From assembly GCA_965208105.1 (NCBI GenBank), contig OZ242318.1, positions 1,408,001 through 1,472,000 on the forward strand: a stretch of DNA of 64,000 nucleotides, written 5' to 3'. The notes beneath the pieces were generated by a model that saw only the letters and a list, made by a program, of their open reading frames with translations, did no database searches and was not told the DNA's origin. Positions 28,759 to 38,468 of this stretch are shown piece by piece. Position 1 is the first letter of the stretch. The number at the start of each line of letters is the position of its first letter. Source of the stretch: Candidatus Latescibacterota bacterium. GTDB taxonomy: Bacteria; Latescibacterota; UBA2968; UBA8231. The position numbers were made by a program, and so were the translations under genes.

Positions 28759-29718
28759 ATGGTCGTCGGATTCCTGCTGGGCGCGTATTCCATCGTCGGC
28801 AACGACGCCATCCAGACCCTGGGGACCTTTCTCAGCTCCAACTCCCATCGTCCGTGGTGGGTGCTCTGGCTCTTCGGCGGGGGAGTCATCACGGCGGTCA
28901 TGGTGTACGGGTGGACGGTCCACTCCGGCGACGTCTCCTACGGCCGGCTGCAGGCCATCCAGGTGCCGGAGCACTTCACCTGGATCTACTGCGTTCCCCC
29001 CTTCGTCCTGCTCCTGCTGACGCGCTGGGGGATCCCGGTGAGCACCACCTTCCTCACCCTGACGATCTTCGCCACCAAGGCGCTGCCGAGCATGCTGGTC
29101 AAGTCGCTGCTTGGATACGCCACCGCCTTCGTGGTCGCCATCATCGTCTACAAGCTGGTCACCCGCAGTCTCGAGCACCGCTTCAACCGCACCGATGGCC
29201 CCATCGGCGGCTGGTGGGTGGTTGCCCAGTGGTGCTCCACCGGCTTCCTCTGGAGCCAGTGGCTGATCCAGGACCTGGCCAACATCTACGTCTTCCTGCC
29301 GCGCGACCCGGTCACCCGCACGCCGGACCTGGCAGTGGGTTGGTTCGCGGCCAGCATCGTCGTCATCCTGGCCATTCTCGCCTACATCTTCTACACCCAC
29401 GGCGGCGCAATTCAAAAGGTGGTGCTGACCAAGACCAACACCACCGACATCCGCTCGGCGACCTTCGTCGACCTCATCTACGGCGTCGTGCTGTTCCTGT
29501 TCAAGGAGGTCAGCAACCTCCCGATGAGCACCACCTGGGTCTTCGTCGGCCTTCTGGCAGGACGAGAGATCGCCATCTCATGGAACGAGAGGCACCGCGG
29601 CAACCGGGATGTGTCGCGGCTGGTGCTCTCCGATCTGGCCAAGATATTCGCCGGTCTCTCGGTGAGCGTCGCCCTCGCCCTGCTGCTGCCCTGGGTGCAG
29701 AAGCTAATCGGGATCTAA
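28759..29718 (+). CDS. Divergent PiT/PHO4-like (inorganic phosphate transporter-like) membrane protein
   Basis: GNDAIQT (compare PiT GAND), GIPVSTT, QDLAN and LPMSTT show the two-fold PiT-like motif pattern; multiple TM helices. Confidence 0.65.
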   Translation: MVVGFLLGAYSIVGNDAIQTLGTFLSSNSHRPWWVLWLFGGGVITAVMVYGWTVHSGDVSYGRLQAIQVPEHFTWIYCVPPFVLLLLTRWGIPVSTTFLTLTIFATKALPSMLVKSLLGYATAFVVAIIVYKLVTRSLEHRFNRTDGPIGGWWVVAQWCSTGFLWSQWLIQDLANIYVFLPRDPVTRTPDLAVGWFAASIVVILAILAYIFYTHGGAIQKVVLTKTNTTDIRSATFVDLIYGVVLFLFKEVSNLPMSTTWVFVGLLAGREIAISWNERHRGNRDVSRLVLSDLAKIFAGLSVSVALALLLPWVQKLIGI

Positions 29719-29813
29719 GGAAAGGACCGTCAGGGAGACGGGAATTCAGGCCGACGCAGAATGCGGACCCACAGGTCTAGGTACGGACGGCGTCGGCACA
29801 AAGTCGGCACTGA

Positions 29814-30302
29814 ATGCCAGGGAATAGTGCCGCAGTCCCTTGTCCTTGCGCCCTCCTGCCCCGAGCCCGACTGCTGAGATTCCGTCCCGCGCCATTACGA
29901 AGGATAAAACAAGCTCTATTTCGCCTGACAGATGGCGACTTCCAGAGGGCTTATCTGGATTTAGGTGGAATAGACTTCAACGAAGGCAGGTTGCAAGACG
30001 CTCAAATCAGCTACGAGGAAGCCGCAAGGCTGTATCCGGATGGCGGTCCGTACGGCCACGTGGCCTACTTTTGGCTCGCTTCTGTGCAGTTCATGCAGGG
30101 GAATGTAGAGGACAGTCTGGCAAATTTTCGGCGATCAGCACAAGCGTGGGCCGGTTTTAGACCCGCTTGGCAGGCTCTTGAGAAGGTTCGTCAATTGAAC
30201 CAGTTTTCCGAAGGCAGGGCGGACGAGGAAAAAATCCTAGAAATAGCCCACGCCATCAACGAGGACTTCAATTCCTTCGGTTCCTTTGGGGCCAGTCAGT
30301 GA
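29814..30302 (+). pseudogene. TPR-containing ORF, probably 5'-truncated
   Basis: AYLDLGG....GRLQDAQISYEEAARLYP and AYFWLASVQFMQGNVEDSL are TPR-like. The first ~30 aa look non-coding. Low GC. Confidence 0.45.
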
Positions 30303-30339
30303 GTCATCACTACCATCATTACCATCCGACAATCGAACC

Positions 30340-30930
30340 ATGAAGCTGGAATTTGTGCCTTGTTTGCTGATAGTGTTCGCCAACTTCGCCAGTGCGCAGG
30401 CCTTCCAAGACTGGAGTCCCCATCTGTCACTCGGCAGCTTCAAGTTTACCGGGAGCGGCCCACCCGGTACTCAAAGAGATCTGATTACTCAACCTGCCAT
30501 CATGGCAGAGTTCCACTTTGAAAAAAGAGACGCGGAGCGTTCCATACCTGCCGTGGAGGCTGGCTTTGTCAATTTGAAAACTAACCTCTCGAAGTACGAT
30601 CACTGGAAACCATTCTACTATGGATACAGGCATGTATTTAAAAGCCAATTGATCGGACCGCTCGAGACGTTGGCCTATATCAGTCTGGGGGCAGCTCAAA
30701 CCAAGTACGTTCCCGGCGAATCGACGACGGCGGACGATCATCGACAAAATTTTATCGATGCCTACTACCACTATATCGCCATGCGACCGTACGCCGTTGC
30801 CGGAATAGGGGTGGGTATAAATCTCTGGTTCGGCGTCACAGTTCGCGCTGGTCTGTCGCAGAGATTATACCACATCGGAGGGAGATATCGCCTGAGCAAT
30901 GCTACAGTAGTAAGCATTGGCTTAAGGTAA
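30340..30930 (+). CDS. Hypothetical exported, outer-membrane beta-barrel-like protein (low GC)
   Basis: Signal peptide MKLEFVPCLLIVFANFASAQA; PYAVAGIGVGI-type strands. A sampled 60-nt line (30541-30600) has 28 G+C. Confidence 0.55.
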   Translation: MKLEFVPCLLIVFANFASAQAFQDWSPHLSLGSFKFTGSGPPGTQRDLITQPAIMAEFHFEKRDAERSIPAVEAGFVNLKTNLSKYDHWKPFYYGYRHVFKSQLIGPLETLAYISLGAAQTKYVPGESTTADDHRQNFIDAYYHYIAMRPYAVAGIGVGINLWFGVTVRAGLSQRLYHIGGRYRLSNATVVSIGLR

Positions 30931-31190
30931 CTTACAGCTAACCAGGCACCGTTCTCCTCGACCTTCTCTTTCTGTTTCGTTTCAATCCCAAATTCCATCC
31001 ACAATTCCTCATGTCAATTCCTCTTTTTCATCTTGGCGCTGGAGCCAACTGACCTGCCCCCAAGAGCGGGGAACGGACCTTCTACTCCCGGCGCGGGAAT
31101 GATTTGTCACCGCTCATTGTTCCCGCTGCCCCCGCTCTAAGGTGCTCTCCTGCATCACTGTAAGAATATCCATTTTGGAACACAGCGCCA

Positions 31191-32276
31191 TTACAAAGCG
31201 GGCTTGTCCCACACCCCCACCATGTCCGCCTGCGGAAAATCGGCATGCTCCACCCTCAGGGTATCGGTACCGGCAGGAGTGGATCCAACCACGTCGCCGA
31301 TCAGAAGCTCGGTCTCCTGGGATGTCATCACCGGGAAGCGGTAATGCCCGTTCATGTGCCTTAACGGCTTCTGCCGCCGGGTGCGCTCTGCGGCAAACTG
31401 CAAATGCCTGGCGAGCCGCTCGCGGGTGTAGCGATTGGCGAACTCCGGGGCCGCGGCAAGCATATTCCATCCAACACCTGCAAAGAAGCTGTCCACCTCC
31501 ATACCCACGGAGCTGCGACCGGAGGCCAGAGCGGCAGCCAGGGTGGTTCCAGTGCCCGCGAACGGGTCCAGAACCAGGTCTTTCCTGATCGAGAACATGG
31601 AGATGAGGCGATAGGCGAGCTCGAAGGGAAAGGCGGCGCTGCGGTCTCGTGCCTCCTTGGTGACGAGGGTCTGCGGCGTGCCCTTGATATCGTACCAGAC
31701 ATCGGAGAACCAGGTATTCCTCTCTTCCCAGAAAAATGCGCTTTGACGGCGTAGTCTCCTCTCTTCCTCGCCTTCGAATCGGCGCCGGATGCCCTTGCGA
31801 AGCACGAGAATGTACTCGTGCTCGTAGGTCACGTAGGCTCCTCCGGGCAGCATGCCCGAGCCCATGAACTTGTTCGGCGCGTTGGTCTGCTTGCGCCAGA
31901 GAATATCCGGCAGTGCCGCATACCCCCGGTCCAGGAATGCCTTCAGCACCCGCCAGTGGTTCGAGTAGAGGCGGAAATCGCCGTTCAGCGTCCGGGTCGC
32001 GTCGCCTACGTTGATGCAGGCTATTCCTCCGGGCTTCAGCACGCGGTCGCATTCGTCCCAGGTCCTGTCAAGCAGCCGGTGCATCAACTCGAATGCCTCG
32101 TTACCTTCACCCGCTTGCAGCCGGGCGCTGATGCGCTCGTCCTGTTCGCCGAATGCCTCGTCCCACATGGCGATCATGGGATATGGAGGGGAGGTAACGA
32201 CCAGGTCGACCGACGCGGTCGCAAGGCCGCCCATGTCGTGGGAAGAGCTGCACAGAAGTTTGATCTCGGTCTCCAT
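31191..32276 (-). CDS. Site-specific DNA methyltransferase (N4-C/N6-A, beta class)
   Basis: DLVVTSPPY catalytic motif precedes the VLDPFAGTGTT SAM-binding motif (beta order). Confidence 0.92.
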   Translation of the reverse strand: METEIKLLCSSSHDMGGLATASVDLVVTSPPYPMIAMWDEAFGEQDERISARLQAGEGNEAFELMHRLLDRTWDECDRVLKPGGIACINVGDATRTLNGDFRLYSNHWRVLKAFLDRGYAALPDILWRKQTNAPNKFMGSGMLPGGAYVTYEHEYILVLRKGIRRRFEGEEERRLRRQSAFFWEERNTWFSDVWYDIKGTPQTLVTKEARDRSAAFPFELAYRLISMFSIRKDLVLDPFAGTGTTLAAALASGRSSVGMEVDSFFAGVGWNMLAAAPEFANRYTRERLARHLQFAAERTRRQKPLRHMNGHYRFPVMTSQETELLIGDVVGSTPAGTDTLRVEHADFPQADMVGVWDKPAL

Positions 32277-32325
32277 AGGTCTGGGTCCCTGGCGCGGAGG
32301 TTATTGGAAGGACCGGGTTTGGTCA

Positions 32326-32448
32326 TACAGCGGTAAGTTCATGGTGCGGGTGCCGCCGGAATCACACCGCGCCCTCGCCATGCAGGCAGCGGAGCAGGGA
32401 GTGAGCCTGAACCGGTTGGTGAGTACGCGGCTGGCCAACCGCACCTGA
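32326..32448 (+). pseudogene. HicB-family antitoxin C-terminal (RHH) remnant
   Basis: YSGKFMVRVPPESHRALAMQAAEQGVSLNRLV is the typical HicB RHH tail. No N-terminal domain and no hicA nearby. Confidence 0.7.
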
Positions 32449-32577
32449 TTGGCGCGGCCGATCATCGCCCGACATCACTTGGGACCACCGCGGTCCTTTC
32501 CCTCTTCCGCCGTGGAGATCGCCGTACCTGCGCGGTCCCGGATCTCCGTTCTGCTCCGGGACCACCAAAAATTCACC

Positions 32578-33267
32578 TTACCCGCCACCTGCCCCAGGCT
32601 TGACCGCTTTCACCACCGTGATGGGGACGACGCGCCACAGACATTCGGCGGCGAATCCGGCGCTCTTCAGCGCGGCGAGCTCGTCTTCGACGGGAAGGTA
32701 GGTGTCCTCCCCCGACCATTCCTCGAAGTGTCTCCAGGCGCGCTTCTCCTCGATGCCGGAGGAGACCAGGTGCGCAGCCCAGGCTTCGTATTCGGCCCGG
32801 CGGGTGCCGAGGGCTGCGGACATGGTCGCATCCGCGTTGACGAAAACCCCGCCCGGGCGCAGGGCGGCGAAGATGGCGGCGAATACCCTCGCTTTTTCCG
32901 CCAGGGTGGCCACGTGATGCAGGGCAAGGGAAGCGACCACCGCGTCGCAGGTGGGGAGCGGACCCTGGAACCTGCGCTCGCTGTACTGCACTCGCGCGGC
33001 AAAGGACGCCAGGCGCGTCCGGGCCTGATCGAGCATCTCGGCGTCGGTGTCGATGAGCTCGATGGTGCATCCCCCGCAGCGCCGCAAAACGGCCTCGGCC
33101 AGGGCGCCGGTGCCGGCGCCGAGGTCGAGCACTCTTTCCGGTCCAGCCGCGGCAACGGCCTCCGCCACACGCTCCAGCATCTCCTCGTAGGCGGGAATGA
33201 AAGCGCGAATGCTCCTGTCGTAGGCCTCGATCTCAACGCGCAAATGGCTTCGTACAGAATGGCTCAT
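32578..33267 (-). CDS. Class I SAM-dependent methyltransferase (CmoA-like)
   Basis: YDRSIRAFIPAYEEM, VLDLGAGTG, ASLALHH and LRPGGVFVNAD motifs. Confidence 0.88.
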   Translation of the reverse strand: MSHSVRSHLRVEIEAYDRSIRAFIPAYEEMLERVAEAVAAAGPERVLDLGAGTGALAEAVLRRCGGCTIELIDTDAEMLDQARTRLASFAARVQYSERRFQGPLPTCDAVVASLALHHVATLAEKARVFAAIFAALRPGGVFVNADATMSAALGTRRAEYEAWAAHLVSSGIEEKRAWRHFEEWSGEDTYLPVEDELAALKSAGFAAECLWRVVPITVVKAVKPGAGGG

Positions 33268-33734
33268 GGTTTTTCCGGGGATCCGGGCTCGCAAGCGGCT
33301 CCTATCAAGCGGCACGTGCATCGAGCTTCAACACAGGACAATGAGGGATAGGTCGTCCCGCAGCGGCCACGACGTCGCTCACCATGACTTCATCAAGGAA
33401 TACAAACCCAGGGAGGTGGAGAATGTCAAGGGAGAGACCGAACCAATTGACGCAAGAAGCCGGGTTGCACAACATAGTGCCTGCGTCCATGCCGGATGCC
33501 GCGATGTCCCAACGCCCGGAGGCGAAGCAGGACGGGCCGGGACCGAATGTGGCGGTGGTCCAGGGGAAGGGTACCCAGGTTATAGGAGAACTGAGTGATG
33601 AAGCGGGATTCGATCGTCGAGGAGGTGGGCAACAGCTGCATCCCGGCCTGCCTCCCGGGGCGCGGCAAGCGCTTGCCGACCCATCCGCCGCCTGATTGGA
33701 GGCGGCCGGGCGGCGGAGGAAGAGGTCCGGCGCT

Positions 33735-34817
33735 GTGATTCTCTCCCCCGCTGATTCCGAGCTCGAGGAGCTCTGCGGCCGACTGGACGCCTTGAGCGAT
33801 GGACTCGCCCGCGATGGCGCCTGGCCCCTTGAACAGTTGCGTCTGTGCGGCGAGTACGGGGTCTTCTCCTGGTTTCTCTCCCGCCCCGGCGGAGGACTGG
33901 GCTGGAGCGCCGGGGACATCGTACGCGGGTATCTCGCCCTGAGCTCAGCATGCCTCACCACCGCATTCGTCCTCACCCAGCGCAGCGGCGCATGCAGGCG
34001 CATCGAAGCGACGAGCAACACTGGTGTGAAATCCAGGCTCCTTCCCGGTCTGCTCTCGGGGCGGTCATTCGCCACCCTTGGGATCTCCCAACTGACCACC
34101 AGCCGCCGCCACCTTGCCCGGCCCGCAATGCGCGCCGAGGAGACCCGGGGCGGCTTCCTCCTCAACGGCTGCAGCCCCTGGGTCACCGGCGCGGACCATG
34201 CCGATACCGTCGTCGCCGGGGCGACCCTGCCGGATGGCCGCGACATGATCGTCGCTCTGCCGACAAGGACAGCCGGCGTCACCGTACCAGCCCCGGCGTG
34301 CCTCACCGCCCTGACCGCGAGCCACACGGGCCCGGTCAACTGCGAGGACGTGGAAATCGGCCGCGAGGAGGTCCTCGCCGGCCCCGCCCTGAACCTGATG
34401 CAGGGGAAGTCCGGCGCGGCGACGGGCGGATACGAGACGTCCTCCCTGGCCCTGGGTCTGGCCGGCAGGGCCATCCGATTTTCCGAGGAAGAGGCGGTCA
34501 GGCGCCCCGATCTCTCATCCCCGGTGAAGGCCCTGCGCGAGGAGTGGGTGGCTCTGCGCGATGGTCTCATATCGGCTGCAACCGGAAACTCGGGGCTGAC
34601 CGGCACCCGGATTCGAGCCCGCGCCAACAGCCTGGTGCTGCGTGCGACTCATGCCGCCCTGGCCGTGGCGAAGGGCACCGGCTACGCCGTGGAACATCCG
34701 GCGGGCCGCTGGTGCCGCGAAGCGCTCTTCTTTCTCGTATGGAGTTGTCCCCGGCCGGTGATGGAGGCCAACTTGCGCGAGTTGGCCGGAGTTTCTGCCG
34801 GGGAGGGGATCGTGTGA
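33735..34817 (+). CDS. Acyl-CoA dehydrogenase-family protein
   Basis: ATLGISQL, LNGCSPWVTGA, ASHTG and KGTGY...REALFFLVWSCP motifs. Start is GTG 33735 or TTG 33696. Confidence 0.85.
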   Translation: MILSPADSELEELCGRLDALSDGLARDGAWPLEQLRLCGEYGVFSWFLSRPGGGLGWSAGDIVRGYLALSSACLTTAFVLTQRSGACRRIEATSNTGVKSRLLPGLLSGRSFATLGISQLTTSRRHLARPAMRAEETRGGFLLNGCSPWVTGADHADTVVAGATLPDGRDMIVALPTRTAGVTVPAPACLTALTASHTGPVNCEDVEIGREEVLAGPALNLMQGKSGAATGGYETSSLALGLAGRAIRFSEEEAVRRPDLSSPVKALREEWVALRDGLISAATGNSGLTGTRIRARANSLVLRATHAALAVAKGTGYAVEHPAGRWCREALFFLVWSCPRPVMEANLRELAGVSAGEGIV

Positions 34818-34890
34818 GGAACCGAGCCGGCCACCTGGACCAGGCAGGAGAAACGGGCTGGGACGGCTGATTCGCAACCCCGAAGAGACA

Positions 34891-35652
34891 CTATATGTCT
34901 ATGTCGATTTCCACGGGGCAGTGGTCCGAGCCCATTACCTGGTTGTGGAGCTCCGCGCTTTTCAGGCGCTTCTTCAAAGGATCCGAGATGCAGAAGTAGT
35001 CAAGGCGCCAACCCACATTCCTCGCCCTTGCCCCGGCCCTGAAGCTCCACCACGAGTACTTTTCCTCTTCCGGGTGCAGGTACCTGAAGGTGTCGATGAA
35101 TCCGGCCTTCATGAAATTCGAGAATCCTTCCCTTTCCTCGATGGTGTATCCCTTCTTCCCTTCATTGGCCTTGTCGTTTTTCAGATCGATGGGCTCGTGG
35201 GCTACGTTCAAATCACCGCAGAAGATGACCGGTTTTTTCTTTTCCAGCTCCTTGCAGTGTCCCAGAAACGCAGGGTCCCACTCCTCGTATCTCAAAGGGA
35301 TTCTCGAGAGGTCGTCCTTGGCATTCGGAGTGTAGACGGTAACCAGATGGAACCCGTCGAATTCCGCGGTTAGAACCCTCCCTTCATCGTCGACGGGATG
35401 GCCTATTCCCCTGGAAATTGCCAGAGGTTCAACCCTGCTGAACATGGCTACCCCCGAATAGCCCTTCCTCTCGGCGCTGTTCCAGTATTCATACTCATAC
35501 CCCGAAGCACCCATCTTCAAATCGACCTGATCCGGATGCGCCTTGGTCTCCTGAATACACAGGACATCCGCCTCCAACGCCCTGATGGAATCGGGGAAGC
35601 CCTTCCTCATCACCGCCCGGATGCCGTTCACGTTCCACGAGATTATTTTCAT
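34891..35652 (-). CDS. xth: Exodeoxyribonuclease III (AP endonuclease)
   Basis: ISWNVNGIRA, CIQETK, KGYSGVA, CGDLNVAH, YSWWS, GWRLDYF and GSDHCP motifs. Confidence 0.95.
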   Translation of the reverse strand: MKIISWNVNGIRAVMRKGFPDSIRALEADVLCIQETKAHPDQVDLKMGASGYEYEYWNSAERKGYSGVAMFSRVEPLAISRGIGHPVDDEGRVLTAEFDGFHLVTVYTPNAKDDLSRIPLRYEEWDPAFLGHCKELEKKKPVIFCGDLNVAHEPIDLKNDKANEGKKGYTIEEREGFSNFMKAGFIDTFRYLHPEEEKYSWWSFRAGARARNVGWRLDYFCISDPLKKRLKSAELHNQVMGSDHCPVEIDIDI

Positions 35653-35841
35653 GATGACCTGTGGGAAAGTGTATTTGGGAATGTGTTATAATACCTCGAT
35701 CCGCCGTCGGCCTGCGGCGCACCGCGAGCCTGCCCGGGCGGACCATTCTGCCCTTCGCTCCGTCCCCATCCCATCGTCTTGCACAGTGGCATGATATACG
35801 GAATAATCCCTGCTCTTTCAACAAGGACGGCAAGCTGCCGT

Positions 35842-36810
35842 TCAGAATCCATCGGTGGTGCAGAATACGTGATGAGATCTGATTCCCTGGTCCCGTTGCC
35901 GCGGCTGCCGGTGCAGCAGGTTGCCGAGACCATCGAACCCTGGCGGCATGAGGGACTGGTCGATGACGCGGTACATCAGGTTCCCGACAGCCTCCACCCT
36001 CCCGGCTTCAAACCCGCGGGCCACGGGCGCCGGGAAGGCCACCTCAAGGGTGTCCCCGCCGGTTGCTGCAATCCCCTTCCCGATCAACGCCTCGAAGGCC
36101 CGTTTCCCGCCGTCGTCAGCGAAGACCTCGTCGCAAGCGGCAAACTCCTTCACCTCCAATCCCTCCTTCCTCCCGTTCGCCGATAGAGACAGGTAGGCCT
36201 TGATGGCGCCCTGCGCTTCGGCCACCCAGACGCGCGGGGACTCGGCGGGGAACCAGTCACTCCAGTACCCTGGGTGGTCGCGCACCAGGGTCCCGTTGAA
36301 GCGGCGGGCATAGGCATCGTAGAGGGCCGACAATTCCTCCAGCTCCGGTCCCTCCGCCAAATTCGCCGGACGAATTCGGAATGCCCTGTCCACCTTCGCC
36401 CCCATCTGCCTCCAGGCGAAATAGAGCGGGACCCTCTCCCAGCCCTCGGCGCGGTATATCCCCTGGTCTCCGAACAAGGACGAGACGGCGATGCCCCGTT
36501 CCCGCATGAAGCCCACTGCGTCCCGCAACAGTCGCGTCGCCAGCCCCCGCCTCCTGTATTCGGGCAGCGTGCTGACTTCGCCGATGCCGCCGGCGGCAAC
36601 GCGCACGCCCCTCAGGTAGATCCGGCGCATGAAAACCCGGACCGTGCTCGCAATTCTGCCGCCGTCAACCGCAACCCGGATCCCCTCCAGGTCCTTCCAG
36701 GGGTCGTTGAACCAATGGTTGACGAAGTGCGCGCGCGGGGTGCTGAATACCGTTGCCGCATGGTCGAACCAGGCTTCCAGCTCGGTCCCCCGGAGCGCTC
36801 GAAATTCCAT
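35842..36810 (-). CDS. GNAT-family (Eis-like) N-acetyltransferase
   Basis: AGGIGEVSTLPEYRRRGLA acetyl-CoA motif; second GNAT-like repeat; ATG 36810. Confidence 0.85.
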   Translation of the reverse strand: MEFRALRGTELEAWFDHAATVFSTPRAHFVNHWFNDPWKDLEGIRVAVDGGRIASTVRVFMRRIYLRGVRVAAGGIGEVSTLPEYRRRGLATRLLRDAVGFMRERGIAVSSLFGDQGIYRAEGWERVPLYFAWRQMGAKVDRAFRIRPANLAEGPELEELSALYDAYARRFNGTLVRDHPGYWSDWFPAESPRVWVAEAQGAIKAYLSLSANGRKEGLEVKEFAACDEVFADDGGKRAFEALIGKGIAATGGDTLEVAFPAPVARGFEAGRVEAVGNLMYRVIDQSLMPPGFDGLGNLLHRQPRQRDQGIRSHHVFCTTDGF

Positions 36811-37085
36811 CTTCCGTCCCCTTCGATGGACTGGCTTCACCGCAGAACAAGGGGCGATTCCGCCCCATCGCCCACCGCGCCGGAGGTCCGCACCTGGACC
36901 TTGCGGCGGGGATGGCGAAAGATAGGTATTCCAGGGGGTTACTGACAGGAGGAAGGTCGCAGCTCCGGGGAGAAGAACCGCCACGCCGGAGCTGCTTGAC
37001 CCGGTCTGCGGCGGCCCGTATAATTGCTGAATCTCTACAACCCCGATGAAGAGAAACCAACTTGACCGCACTCGAAGAGGACAAG

Positions 37086-38387
37086 ATGGGAAGGGACCTG
37101 CGCGACCGCGCCGAGCGCTACCTGCCGGGCGGGGTCGGCGCATCGGGCCGATTCAACCCGTCCCTGGGACAGGCTCTCTACCTTGAGTCGGCGCAGGGAT
37201 GCCGCATCCGGGACGTGGAAGGCAGGGAGTATATCGATTTCAATCTCTCCCACGGAGCCGCATTCCTGGGATACAACCACGAGGCCACCCGCCGCGCCAT
37301 GCTGGAGGCGGTGGAGGCCGGTGTCCTCTGCGGCTACGAGACCGCCGCCCATACGGAACTGGCGCGCAGAATCACCGGCATCGTCCCCTGCGCCGAACGG
37401 GTGCGCTACGCCAATACGGGGTCGGAGGGCACGATGATCTGCCTGCGGCTGGCCCGGGCGCGCACCGGCCGCGCCAAAGTGCTGAAATTCTGGGGGCACT
37501 TTCACGGACTCTACGACTATGTCATGTACAACGCCCACTCGCCCCTGACCCCGGTCGAACCCGGCACCATCATCGAGCCGGTGCGGGAGTCCCCCGGCGT
37601 CCCGGATGCACTGGACGATCTGGTCGTTGTGGTGCCGTGGAAGGACGAGGCCGCTCTGGAACGGGCGATCCTCGCCCACGGGGAAGACATCGCCGCCATC
37701 ATCATGGAACCGGTCAACTACAATCAGGGCTGCATCGTCGCCGATACCGCCTACATGCAGTTCGTCCGCGAGCTGGCGACCCGGCACGGGATCGTGCTGA
37801 TATACGACGAGGTGCTCTCCGCTTTTCGCACCGGACCGGACTGCGCCCAGGGATATTACGGCGTCACCCCCGACCTCTGCGTGCTCGGAAAGGCGGTGGC
37901 CAACGGGGCAGCGCTTGTGGTTATCGCCGGCAATGGAGAGATCATGGACATGGTCGGACCGGGGGGGAAGGTGGTCCAGAGCGGTACCTACACCGGCAAC
38001 GTCCCCGCGGTGAAGGCGGCCCTGGCTTCGGTCCGGGAGATCTGCCGTCCCGGATTCTACGACCATATCCACGCCACCGCCGACCGCCTGGAGTCCGGCC
38101 TGCGGGGAATCTTCTCGCGGGCGGGGGTCGCCGCCCGGGTGCAGGGGCTCGGCGCCCGCTTCGGCATATTCTTCGGATCCACCGATCCGGTGCGGCGCTT
38201 CGAAGACACCCTGGAACGCGATCAGGAGCAGAAAGGCAGCTTCATCCGCGCCTGCTTCGGGAAAGGGGTCTACTTCCACGACTACGGCTCCATGGTCGCC
38301 GGCCATCACGGTATCTCGGCCGCCCACAGCAGCGCTGAAATCGACGAAGCCCTCAACCGGATCGAAGCCGCCGTCCGCCTGCTCTGA
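37086..38387 (+). CDS. Class III PLP aminotransferase (glutamate-1-semialdehyde aminomutase-like)
   Basis: LPGGV, DVEGREYIDF, NTGSEGT, GHFHG, IMEP, LIYDEVLSAFR, PDLCVLGKAVANG and SGTYTGN motifs. Confidence 0.9.
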   Translation: MGRDLRDRAERYLPGGVGASGRFNPSLGQALYLESAQGCRIRDVEGREYIDFNLSHGAAFLGYNHEATRRAMLEAVEAGVLCGYETAAHTELARRITGIVPCAERVRYANTGSEGTMICLRLARARTGRAKVLKFWGHFHGLYDYVMYNAHSPLTPVEPGTIIEPVRESPGVPDALDDLVVVVPWKDEAALERAILAHGEDIAAIIMEPVNYNQGCIVADTAYMQFVRELATRHGIVLIYDEVLSAFRTGPDCAQGYYGVTPDLCVLGKAVANGAALVVIAGNGEIMDMVGPGGKVVQSGTYTGNVPAVKAALASVREICRPGFYDHIHATADRLESGLRGIFSRAGVAARVQGLGARFGIFFGSTDPVRRFEDTLERDQEQKGSFIRACFGKGVYFHDYGSMVAGHHGISAAHSSAEIDEALNRIEAAVRLL

Positions 38388-38395
38388 CCAACGCA

Positions 38396-38424
38396 TGGGG
38401 TTACCCGGGCAGCGGGAAACCCCA
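38396..38424 (+). terminator. Intergenic stem-loop (possible terminator or processing site)
   Basis: TGGGGTTACCCG-ggcag-CGGGAAACCCCA pairs 11/12 and is followed only by CTTT, a weak U tract. Confidence 0.3.
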
Positions 38425-38468
38425 CTTTCCCCCGTCACACCCCCGAGTATGAAGGAGAGCCTGTAGAC

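Noticed and set aside
30931-31190. Remnant of a restriction endonuclease downstream of the methyltransferase
   Set aside because: Only short ORFs are present, with no PD-(D/E)xK or HNH motif, so the call cannot be supported.
37086-38387. Assignment as hemL
   Set aside because: The fold is GSA-like, but the motifs diverge and no tetrapyrrole genes are nearby, so it is left as a class III aminotransferase.
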